DNA of 64,000 nt from an uncultured Kiritimatiellota bacterium (GTDB taxonomy: Bacteria > Verrucomicrobiota > Kiritimatiellia > RFP12 > UBA1067): NCBI GenBank assembly GCA_934635385.1, contig CAKTZI010000011.1, positions 20,488 to 84,487 of the forward strand, in the 5' to 3' direction. The notes beneath the pieces were generated by a model. The model worked only from the letters and a program-made list of their open reading frames with translations, searched no databases and was not told the origin of the DNA. The translations under genes and the position numbers were made by a program. Each line of letters begins with the position of its first letter. Positions within the stretch are counted from its first letter, which is position 1. Positions 52,085-59,859 of the stretch are shown one piece after another.

Positions 52085-54592
52085 TCACTTGTTCAATGTC
52101 GTGTGGCTGCCGCGTTTGATCAAGACGGCGAGGACGGCGATGTCGGCTGGGTTCACGCCGGGTATGCGGCTTGCCTGTGCGAGCGTTTCGGGACGGAATT
52201 TCTTCAGTTTCTCACGGCTCTCATAGCGCACAGCCAAGCACTTGTCATAGTCGAGCCATTTCGGAATGACGAGTGCTTCGTCCTTCTTGGCTCGTTCAGC
52301 CGCTTTCTCCTCCTGCTCAATGTACGGTGCATAATGACGCATAATCATAACTTCTCGGTCAATTCGAGAAAGGCCGTTGAGATTGGTTGGCGTGAAAGGA
52401 GTTGTAATGGGATGGCTCACACGGAGGCACGGAGACACGGAGGTTTTTAACATTGAAGACACGAAAACGTCACTTGCGGGCACGAATTTCGTGTCTGAAT
52501 GTCCGTTTCTTCTATTTTCGTGTTTATCACATTCTCTTACAAAATTCTCCGTGCCTCCGTGCCTCCGTGTGAGGCTTTCATTTTTATTGAGCCTTGTCAA
52601 AATCTCCTGATACTCTTCTTCTATCGCATCAAGCGTTTCCTTCGACAGAATGCCAATGCGCTTGGCCGCAGACAGCAATCGATAGTAGGCATTGTCCTGA
52701 CGCAGGATGAGACGTCGTTCGGCACGGCTCGTGAACATACGGTACGGCTCGTCCGTGCCCTTCGTGACAAGATCGTCAATCATGACGCCAATGTAGGCAT
52801 CCTGTCGGCTGAGAACGAGCGGCTCTTCGCCTTTGACCTTCAATGCGGCATTGATGCCCGCCATGAGGCCCTGCGCGGCCGCTTCTTCGTAGCCCGTCGT
52901 GCCGTTGATCTGTCCGGCGAAGAAAAGACTGGGAATGCGCTTCGATTCGAGCGTGTGTGTCAGCTCGCGTGCATCGATGCTGTCGTATTCGATGGCATAG
53001 GCGTAGGCGAGAAAATCGGCATGTTCAAGTCCGGCAATCGAATGCACCATCTCTTCCTGTACCTTTTCGGGTAGCGAACAGCTCAAGCCGTTCGGATAGA
53101 TGACCGTGCCGTCCTTGTCCTCAGGTTCGAGAATGACGTGGTGCTGATGGGCTTCGGCGAAGCGTACGATCTTGTCCTCAATGCTCGGACAGTACCGAAC
53201 ACCCGTTCCGACGATTTTTCCGCTATAGAGAGCCGAAACCGCGAGGTGGTCACGGATGATTTGGTGTGTCTTGTCGTTTGTATGTGTCATCCAACACGGC
53301 AACTCCGGCAAATTGTTCCACGTGGAACAACTTGGGAATGCCTGCGGCGCTGAACGCGGAGAAGACGGAGAGGCGGAGACGCGGAGTTTCAGTTCAGATA
53401 CACTCTCCAAATCATCTCCGTGTCTCTCATTCTCCATTCCCTCCGCGTTAAGCGACAGCAACCCGGTCGAACAGGGAGAAGCCTGCGGCGCTGAACACGG
53501 AGAAAACGAAGAGGCAGAGGTGCGGAGTCTCGGATCTGGTGCTTCATCCTTTAAAGAAACTTCATCTCTTCCATTCTCCTTTATCTTCGTGTTAAGCGTC
53601 GCAGACCTCTCTCGCTCTCCCTCGCTCCGTGTCAATCCGTGATAATCCGTGGCCAACTCACACGGAGGCACGGAGGCACGGAGGTTTGTCGGGTTGTCTA
53701 CAGTTTCTCCGTGCCTTCCATTCTCCCTCACCTCCGTGTTCAGCGTCGCAGACATCTCTCCCTCGCTCTCAATCCGTGCCAATCCGTGATAATCCGTGGC
53801 TAAAAAAGTGTGTTCCACGTGGAACAATGGGCGAGGGGTGGCGCCATCTTGTCGCTGGCAGACGCTGAAATCACAGCTTGAAGCCTTGAGACGCGGTGGC
53901 GTACCTGTCTTCAGGCGAATCAGCTCGAAACCAAGAGCTGAAAGGCTCTCTGAAAGCTGATTGACGGCGGGGCGTCCGTCGCCGCCGCTTTCGCGGCACT
54001 GGTCGCCGATCCAAACGCGGCCGCGCAGGGCCGTGCCGCTCGTAATGACGACGGTTCGCGCGGTGAGTGTGCCGTGACATTCCGTTTTCACGGAATGCAC
54101 GGGATAGAGAACTGGTGTTAAATCAGCGTTTAGTTTGGCTGACGATTGGCTGGTTTGAAATGAATCAGCGTTTTGTCTAATGAGTTTTGAAGGCTGCCCG
54201 ACTTCAATACCGATCACGGCATCTTCGAGAACGGTCAGGTTGGGTTGCGCGGCGATGACGGCTTGCATACGCGCGGCGTATTCCCTCTTTGCGCATTGGC
54301 AGCGCGTCGCCCAGACGGCGGGGCCTCGGCTCAGGTTGAGAATCTTCGCCTGAAGGGCGGTGGCATCCGCGTTCTTGCCCATTTCGCCGCCCAGCGCGTC
54401 GAGCTCGCAGACGAGGTGGCTCTTGGCCAAGCCGCCGATGGACGGGTTGCAGGGCATGCGCGCAATGGCATCTGCACGGGAGGTGACGAGAAGAGTCGAC
54501 ACGTTCATGCGCGCCGCCGCAAGGGCGGCTTCGGCGCCGGCATGTCCGCCGCCCACGACAATGACGTCAAACTGTGACTGTAAAAAAGACAT
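52085..54592 (-). CDS. mnmG: tRNA uridine-5-carboxymethylaminomethyl modification enzyme MnmG (GidA). At 835 aa it is enlarged by three in-frame insertions.
   Basis: [66 protein letters not shown] and [15 protein letters not shown]. Typical MnmG proteins are about 620-630 aa. The ATG at 54592 lies 6 nt after TGCTATAAT. Confidence 0.9.
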   Translation of the reverse strand: MSFLQSQFDVIVVGGGHAGAEAALAAARMNVSTLLVTSRADAIARMPCNPSIGGLAKSHLVCELDALGGEMGKNADATALQAKILNLSRGPAVWATRCQCAKREYAARMQAVIAAQPNLTVLEDAVIGIEVGQPSKLIRQNADSFQTSQSSAKLNADLTPVLYPVHSVKTECHGTLTARTVVITSGTALRGRVWIGDQCRESGGDGRPAVNQLSESLSALGFELIRLKTGTPPRLKASSCDFSVCQRQDGATPRPLFHVEHTFLATDYHGLARIESEGEMSATLNTEVRENGRHGETVDNPTNLRASVPPCELATDYHGLTRSEGERERSATLNTKIKENGRDEVSLKDEAPDPRLRTSASSFSPCSAPQASPCSTGLLSLNAEGMENERHGDDLESVSELKLRVSASPSSPRSAPQAFPSCSTWNNLPELPCWMTHTNDKTHQIIRDHLAVSALYSGKIVGTGVRYCPSIEDKIVRFAEAHQHHVILEPEDKDGTVIYPNGLSCSLPEKVQEEMVHSIAGLEHADFLAYAYAIEYDSIDARELTHTLESKRIPSLFFAGQINGTTGYEEAAAQGLMAGINAALKVKGEEPLVLSRQDAYIGVMIDDLVTKGTDEPYRMFTSRAERRLILRQDNAYYRLLSAAKRIGILSKETLDAIEEEYQEILTRLNKNESLTRRHGGTENFVRECDKHENRRNGHSDTKFVPASDVFVSSMLKTSVSPCLRVSHPITTPFTPTNLNGLSRIDREVMIMRHYAPYIEQEEKAAERAKKDEALVIPKWLDYDKCLAVRYESREKLKKFRPETLAQASRIPGVNPADIAVLAVLIKRGSHTTLNK
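52416..52573. repeat. CGGAG-type palindromic element with a nested CACGAA-type core, inside the mnmG 3' region.
   Basis: Arms are ctcacacggaggcacggagacacggagg and tctccgtgcctccgtgcctccgtgtgag. Confidence 0.85.
53313..53827. repeat. Composite of three palindromic repeat units inside mnmG, bracketed by two copies of the palindrome TTGTTCCACGTGGAACAA.
   Basis: Palindromes at 53313-53330 and 53811-53827. Units at 53340-53462, 53481-53652 and 53653-53800. The unit ends (gcctgcggcgctgaac... and ...gttaagcgacagcaac) are shared with 60042-60167 and 61047-61316. Confidence 0.85.
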
Positions 54593-54598
54593 GGTGAA

Positions 54599-54607
54599 AT
54601 TATAGCA
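54599..54607 (-). promoter_or_regulatory. Extended -10 TGCTATAAT, 6 nt upstream of the mnmG ATG (leaderless-type).
   Basis: The reverse complement of attatagca is tgctataat. The spacer is ttcacc. Confidence 0.55.
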
Positions 54608-54740
54608 CACTTGACGCTGATTTGTGAACAGAAAATATTTTAATGTTATGAGACGTTGAAAATTCATTTTTACGTGATTTTAGTTAAAAACATCAATTTT
54701 TGAAAGATAACCGTTTTGTCAAGAGGAAAGATGTAAAATC

Positions 54741-55679
54741 ATGTCTACACTTATTGAAAAGTTATCAACATTCACGACCAACTTGCCCATTTTCACCGAT
54801 TTATGCTATACTTCTTCACACTTGAAAGTCATCTTCCTATTTATTGATGGTGTCGGCCTCGCCCGACCTTCGCCGGAGAACCCGCTGAACGCAGAGGTTT
54901 GTCCGACGCTGTGGCGTTTGATCAAATGCCATGGCAAGCCGATTGACGCCTGTTTGGGCGTGGAAGGCGTGCCGCAGTCCGCGACGGGTCAGGCGACGAT
55001 GTTCACGGGTGTCAACTGCGCGCAGGCGATGGGACGGCACTGCGAGGGCTTTCCCGGTCTCGAGCTGCGAAAGATCGTCACGCGCGACAACCTCTTCCTC
55101 GAACTGGCGAAGCGCGGGCGGCGCGTGAAGTTCGCCGATGCCTATCTCGTCGATTCGGCGGACGAGCTGGCGGATCGCCGCTTCAAGTCGGTGACGACCG
55201 TGATGGCCCTCACGCGGTCGGAGTCGATCTCGACGGTCGGCGACCTCATGAACGACAACGCGGTGCTGCAGGACCTGACGCGCGAGACCATCCAGGATCG
55301 CTACCCCGACATCCCGGTCATTCCGCCGCAGCGCGCGGCCGAGCATCTGTTCCGCCTCGCGCGCGCGAACGACCTCACGCTCTACGAGTTCTTCCAGACG
55401 GACGTGTCGGGCCATTCGATGGACTACGCGCGCGCGTGTGCGGTGCTGCGTACCTACGACCGCTTCCTCGCCGCGCTCGTGCGCTGCACGGAGGCGGCGG
55501 GCCTCACGCTCGTGATGACGGCGGATCACGGGAACATCGAGGCCCTCGGCGAACGCGGCCACACGCGCAACCCCGTGCCGTTCATCGCCTACGGCCCGCG
55601 CGAGAAGTTTCTGCGCGACCGCGTCGCGTCGCTCATTGACGTGACCCCGGCCCTGCTTGCGGCCTTCGACAGTTTGTGA
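54741..55679 (+). CDS. Alkaline-phosphatase-superfamily metalloenzyme (cofactor-independent phosphoglycerate mutase / phosphopentomutase-like).
   Basis: IFLFIDGVGLA...ATGQATMFTG...LVMTADHGNIE. A GAGGA sequence lies 13 nt upstream. The first ~25 codons lie in AT-rich DNA, so the start is uncertain. Confidence 0.6.
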   Translation: MSTLIEKLSTFTTNLPIFTDLCYTSSHLKVIFLFIDGVGLARPSPENPLNAEVCPTLWRLIKCHGKPIDACLGVEGVPQSATGQATMFTGVNCAQAMGRHCEGFPGLELRKIVTRDNLFLELAKRGRRVKFADAYLVDSADELADRRFKSVTTVMALTRSESISTVGDLMNDNAVLQDLTRETIQDRYPDIPVIPPQRAAEHLFRLARANDLTLYEFFQTDVSGHSMDYARACAVLRTYDRFLAALVRCTEAAGLTLVMTADHGNIEALGERGHTRNPVPFIAYGPREKFLRDRVASLIDVTPALLAAFDSL

Positions 55680-55685
55680 TACAAT
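55677..55685 (+). promoter_or_regulatory. Extended -10 TGATACAAT upstream of the ROK gene.
   Basis: ttgTGATACAATgcc. It is followed by an ~80-nt A-rich leader with an AAGGAAAA Shine-Dalgarno sequence. Confidence 0.4.
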
Positions 55686-55767
55686 GCCGCTGATGTCCTT
55701 TTACCGTTTACGACTCGACAAGACAACCCAAAACAACAAAACACAAAGAAAGTAAGGAAAACTGAAT

Positions 55768-57201
55768 ATGGCCTGTTCCTGTGGCAAGAATCATTGCGGT
55801 GGCGAGGGCGGTTGCGCGTGCGACCACTCCGCGTTCCTGGCGCCGATGAGCGCGCTCTGGCAAATCTACGACGGCATTGACTCGAAGGCGAACGCCCAGG
55901 TCGTCGCCATCGCGTGGGAGCGCGAGGACGGCAAGGTGTTCCGCTACGACCTGCCGATCCCGAAGCGGCTCGACCCGCAGGCGACGCAGTTCGTCTCGCA
56001 TGTCGTCGAGCGCATCGCGAAGTTCATCGTCTGGTCGGCCGGCGGCTGGAAGCTCTACCTCGCCGGCCCCGACGCGATCGTGAAGCCCGTCGCGAAAGCC
56101 TACACGAAGAAGGGCGCGCGCGCGTTCGACTACGACTTCTTCACGTCCATCTACGGGCGTCCCGTCGAGGCGGTCATCGTGCCGCTCGCGAAGATGCCGG
56201 AGTTTCACGAGAAGACGTCCGTCGTCAAGACGGTGGCGGACGGTTGCCGCATTGGCTTTGACCTCGGCGCGTCCGACTTCAAGATCTCCGCGCTCAACAG
56301 GGGCAAGGTCGTCTTCTCGAAGGAGTTCCCGTGGGATCCGCGCAACAATGCCGACCCCGAATACCACTACGCGATGCTGACGAACGGCCTCAAGGAGGCG
56401 GCCGCGTCGCTGCCGCGCGTCGATGCGATCGGCGGCTCGACGGCCGGCGTCCTCGTCGGCCAGAAGCTCGGCATCTCCTCGCTCCTGCGCGCGGTCAAGG
56501 AGAAGAACCCGAAGAAGTTCTCGGAGGCGCAGAACCTGTTCTTCCGCATCGAGAAGGACTGGGGCGTGCCGTTCGCGATCTATAACGACGGCGACGTGAC
56601 CGCGCTCGCCGGCATGATCACGATGAACAGGAAGGGCATCCTCGGCGTCGCGATGGGCTCGTCGGAGGCCGTCGGCTACGTCGACCCGAAGGGCGCGATG
56701 ACGGGGCGCATCAGCGAGCTCGCGTTCGCGCCGGTCGACTTCAACCCATGCGCGCCGAGGGACGAGTGGTCGGGCGACGCGGGCGTCGGCGCGATGGCGT
56801 TCTCTCAGCAGGCCGTCAACGGACTCGCCGAGAAGCACGGCTTCAAGTTCCCGAAGGCGATGAAGCTGCCGGAGCGCCTGAAGGTCGTGCAGGCCGCGAT
56901 GGAGAAAGGCGACGCGAAGGCCCTCAAGGTCTACGTCCAGATCGGCCGCTTCCTCGCGCACGCGATTCCGTGGTACAACGAGTTCTACGACTACGAGAAC
57001 ATGATGATCCTCGGCCGCGTGACCTCCGGCCTCGGCGGCGAGATCATCCTCGAGACGGCGAAGGCGCTGCTGAAGGACGTCTACCCCGAATGGGACGAGA
57101 AGATCGACATCTTCATGCCCGACGAGAAGGCGCGCCGCCTCGGACAGTCCGTCGCCGCCGCGCAGATTCCCGTCATCAAGAAGGGCGGGAAGCGGAAGTG
57201 A
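55768..57201 (+). CDS. ROK-family sugar kinase/regulator-like protein with a Cys-rich N-terminal extension.
   Basis: IGFDLGASDFKISAL, AIGGSTAGVLV and IYNDGDVTALAG are ROK/ASKHA motifs. The N-terminus is MACSCGKNHCGGEGGCACDH. Confidence 0.75.
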   Translation: MACSCGKNHCGGEGGCACDHSAFLAPMSALWQIYDGIDSKANAQVVAIAWEREDGKVFRYDLPIPKRLDPQATQFVSHVVERIAKFIVWSAGGWKLYLAGPDAIVKPVAKAYTKKGARAFDYDFFTSIYGRPVEAVIVPLAKMPEFHEKTSVVKTVADGCRIGFDLGASDFKISALNRGKVVFSKEFPWDPRNNADPEYHYAMLTNGLKEAAASLPRVDAIGGSTAGVLVGQKLGISSLLRAVKEKNPKKFSEAQNLFFRIEKDWGVPFAIYNDGDVTALAGMITMNRKGILGVAMGSSEAVGYVDPKGAMTGRISELAFAPVDFNPCAPRDEWSGDAGVGAMAFSQQAVNGLAEKHGFKFPKAMKLPERLKVVQAAMEKGDAKALKVYVQIGRFLAHAIPWYNEFYDYENMMILGRVTSGLGGEIILETAKALLKDVYPEWDEKIDIFMPDEKARRLGQSVAAAQIPVIKKGGKRK

Positions 57202-57713
57202 GTCGCGGCGCGGCGAATGCGTGCCGCATTGAGCTCGCGGGATCCCTGCCGTGTGCGCTGGGCTTGGCAAAAGCCGATCTTCGGCGTGCGGCGGCGTTCT
57301 TCGCCGCGCGAAGCGCGTCGCGCCTCGGTGTGCCGTTTCGCGCGGTCACGGTGATTTTGCAGGACGATGCGTCTTCCGCCGAAGTCCACTTGGCGATCAA
57401 CGGCGTGGCGGGTGCGACGGACGTCGTCACGCAGCGCTACGATGCGCTGCCGGGCGAGGCGCCGGGCGTCTATGGCGAGCTTTACGTCAACGCCGACCAG
57501 GCCCTGCGCGCCGCGCCGCGCCGTCGCGGCTGGAGCGCGGCGAAGGAGCTGCTGCTCTACGTCGCGCACGGCATGGATCACCTGTCGGGCGCGGACGACG
57601 CGGAGCCGGCGGACTATGCGCGCATGCGCCGCCGCGAGCTGGCGTGGCTGAAGGCGATTCGCGTGACCGCTCCACGCTCGACTGCCACGCACAGCGGCGC
57701 GTTTTTGGTATAA
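57198..57713 (+). CDS. ybeY: rRNA maturation endoribonuclease YbeY.
   Basis: GATDVVTQRYD resembles the conserved TDVLSF block. LLLYVAHGMDHLSGADD resembles the HGxLHLxGxDH zinc motif. GTG start overlapping the ROK stop (GTGA). Confidence 0.65.
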   Translation: MSRGAANACRIELAGSLPCALGLAKADLRRAAAFFAARSASRLGVPFRAVTVILQDDASSAEVHLAINGVAGATDVVTQRYDALPGEAPGVYGELYVNADQALRAAPRRRGWSAAKELLLYVAHGMDHLSGADDAEPADYARMRRRELAWLKAIRVTAPRSTATHSGAFLV

Positions 57714-57714
57714 T
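57706..57714 (+). promoter_or_regulatory. Extended -10 TGGTATAAT driving the glycine riboswitch and symporter transcript.
   Basis: gtttttGGTATAATatgc overlaps the ybeY stop codon. Confidence 0.55.
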
Positions 57715-57733
57715 ATGCAGAATTATCGCGCAA

Positions 57734-57823
57734 GCGGGTCCGGAGAAGCTTCGCAACGGTGCGAAGTGCCGAAGGTGTAACTCCCCGAAAGGGTCGGGGA
57801 CGATCTCTCAGGCAAAAGGACGG
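57734..57823 (+). ncRNA. Glycine riboswitch (single aptamer).
   Basis: cGGAGAAg, P2 hairpin gcttcgca/tgcgaagt, GCCGAAGGTGTAA, P3 hairpin tcccc/gggga, then CTCTCAGGCAAAAGGAC. This matches the conserved glycine-aptamer core. It lies upstream of an AGCS symporter, a known genomic context for this riboswitch. Confidence 0.8.
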
Positions 57824-57840
57824 AAAGGCAAGACAAAACA

Positions 57841-59376
57841 ATGATGCAGGCGGCCACATGGCTGGATACGTTCACGGACTACGTGAACTTGGTTGACGAC
57901 AAGGTCTGGGGAACTTCGTTCGAGATCGGCGGGTTTCCGGTTCCCCTCCTGATTATCCTGATCCTCTTCGGCGGAATCTGGCTCACGGTCCGCCTCGGCG
58001 GCATGCAGTTCGTCCAGCTGCCGCGCGCGCTCAAGTACATGTTCCGGAACGAGAAGGTCGAGCATGGCGCGAAGGGCGAGGTCACGAGCTTCGGCGCGCT
58101 CTGCACCGCGCTCTCGGCGACGATCGGCACGGGCAACATCGTCGGCGTCGCGACGGCCTACGTCGCGGGCGGACCCGGCGCGATCTTCTGGATGTGGCTC
58201 GCTGCGCTCTTCGGCATGGCGACGAAGTACTCCGAGGGCCTCCTGGCCGTCAAGTACCGCGAGCACGACGAGGCGACCGGCCACGTGCTCGGCGGGCCGT
58301 TCTACTACATCGAGCGCGGCATGGGCCCGAAGTGGAAGTGGCTCGCGTGCGTGTTCGCGTTCTTCGGCTGCTGCGTCGGCCTCTTCGGCATCGGCACGTT
58401 CTCGCAGGTGAACTCGATCTGCGGCTCGTTCAACACGTTCTTCAAGAGCTACATCGACACGGCGGACGTCCATAACTTCACGGTGTTCGGCAACAGCTAC
58501 TCGTGTGCGACGATATTCGGCTCGATCCTGCTGGCGTTCATGGTCGGCATGGTCGTGATCGGGGGCCTGAAGCGCATCGCGAAGGTGAGCGAGAAGGTGA
58601 TTCCGCTCATGGTCATCCTCTACGTCGCGTTCTCGCTCCTCCTCGTCTTCTGCAACCTCGGCAAGATCCCGTCGGCGATCGCGACGATCGTGCAGTCGGC
58701 GTTCGGCCTTCAGGCGGCGGCGGGCGGCGCGCTCGGCGCGATCATCGCGGCGATGCAGAAGGGCATCGCGCGCGGCATCTTCTCGAACGAGGCGGGCCTC
58801 GGCTCCGCCCCGATCGCGGCGGCGGCCGCGCAGACGAAGGAACCCGTGCGCCAGGGCCTCGTCTCGATGACGGGAACCTTCCTCGACACGATCATCGTCT
58901 GCTCGATGACGGGCCTCGCCCTCACGATGACGAACCAGCCGATCTCGGCCGAGTCGTTCAAGGGCGTGTCCGAGCTCTACTGCGCGAGCGCCGCGACCGG
59001 CGCCGAGGCCACGATGAAGGCATTCGCCGTCGGCATCCCGTTCCTGCCGGCGATCGTGACGGACGCGCTCGTGATGGTCTCGCTCGTCCTCTTCGGCTTC
59101 ACGACGATCCTCGGCTGGGACTACTACTCGGAGCGCTGCCTCGAATACCTGACGAACGGCCGGATGGGCCCCGTCTACGTCTACCGCTGGCTCTACATCC
59201 TCGCCGTCTTCATCGGGCCGTACATGACGATCTCGGCGGTGTGGGGCATTGCGGACATCTTCAACGGCCTCATGGCCGTGCCGAACATGATCGCGCTGCT
59301 CGCGCTTTCGGGCGTCGTCGCGGCGGAGACGAAGATCTACTTCAAGCGGCTCAAGGCCGGCGAGATCACGGAATAG
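57841..59376 (+). CDS. Sodium:alanine/glycine symporter (AGCS family).
   Basis: GEVTSFGALCTALSATIGTGNIVGVATA and ARGIFSNEAGLGSAPIAAAAAQT are signature AGCS blocks. Confidence 0.9.
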   Translation: MMQAATWLDTFTDYVNLVDDKVWGTSFEIGGFPVPLLIILILFGGIWLTVRLGGMQFVQLPRALKYMFRNEKVEHGAKGEVTSFGALCTALSATIGTGNIVGVATAYVAGGPGAIFWMWLAALFGMATKYSEGLLAVKYREHDEATGHVLGGPFYYIERGMGPKWKWLACVFAFFGCCVGLFGIGTFSQVNSICGSFNTFFKSYIDTADVHNFTVFGNSYSCATIFGSILLAFMVGMVVIGGLKRIAKVSEKVIPLMVILYVAFSLLLVFCNLGKIPSAIATIVQSAFGLQAAAGGALGAIIAAMQKGIARGIFSNEAGLGSAPIAAAAAQTKEPVRQGLVSMTGTFLDTIIVCSMTGLALTMTNQPISAESFKGVSELYCASAATGAEATMKAFAVGIPFLPAIVTDALVMVSLVLFGFTTILGWDYYSERCLEYLTNGRMGPVYVYRWLYILAVFIGPYMTISAVWGIADIFNGLMAVPNMIALLALSGVVAAETKIYFKRLKAGEITE

Positions 59377-59388
59377 GCCCGGCAGGCG

Positions 59389-59859
59389 ATGACCGTTGCG
59401 GACAGACTGGTCGCGCTCCTGAAGGCGCAGGGACTGACGTGCGCGACGGCCGAAAGCTGCACAGGCGGCGGCGTGGGGGCGGCGATCACCGCCGTCCCCG
59501 GCTCCAGCGCGGTCTTCCTCGGCGGCGTCATCTCCTACGCGAACGCGGTCAAGCGGGACGTCCTCGGCGTGTCGCCGGCGACGCTGGAGACGGTCGGCGC
59601 GGTCTCGCCCGAAACGGCCGCGCAGATGGCGGACGGTGCGCGACGGCTCCTGAAGGCGGATCTCGCCGTTTCCGTGACGGGCATCGCCGGGCCGGACGGC
59701 GGGAGCGCGGCGAAGCCGGTCGGCCTCGTCTGGTTCGGCCTCGCGACGAGGGACGGCGTGCGCACGGAGAAGGCGATCTTCGCGGGCGACCGCGCGGCCG
59801 TGCGCGTTCAGTCCGTCACGCACGCGCTCGGCATGCTGACGGTGGGAGCGTCCGCATGA
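59389..59859 (+). CDS. CinA C-terminal domain / nicotinamide-nucleotide amidohydrolase PncC-like.
   Basis: TCATAESCTGGGVGAAITAVPGSSAVFLGGVISYANAVKRDVLGV...GIAGPDGG. Confidence 0.85.
   Translation: MTVADRLVALLKAQGLTCATAESCTGGGVGAAITAVPGSSAVFLGGVISYANAVKRDVLGVSPATLETVGAVSPETAAQMADGARRLLKADLAVSVTGIAGPDGGSAAKPVGLVWFGLATRDGVRTEKAIFAGDRAAVRVQSVTHALGMLTVGASA

Noticed and set aside
53340-53800. CRISPR-like appearance of the repeat units (conserved arms with a variable ~30-bp centre and 141-144-bp periodicity), also seen at 61047-61366.
   Set aside because: The conserved parts are over 90 bp, imperfect, and pair with each other across the variable centre. The arrays lie inside ORFs and keep them open. 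No cas genes or leader sequence are present.
42200-54700. Lower-GC blocks (about 42-48 kb and 52-54.7 kb, also 11.3-12.9 kb and 62-64 kb) considered as evidence of horizontally acquired islands.
   Set aside because: The low-GC blocks include core genes (dnaA, dnaN, mnmG). No integrase, tRNA or direct-repeat boundaries are present. I could not compute GC content, so this is only a visual impression of compositional heterogeneity.
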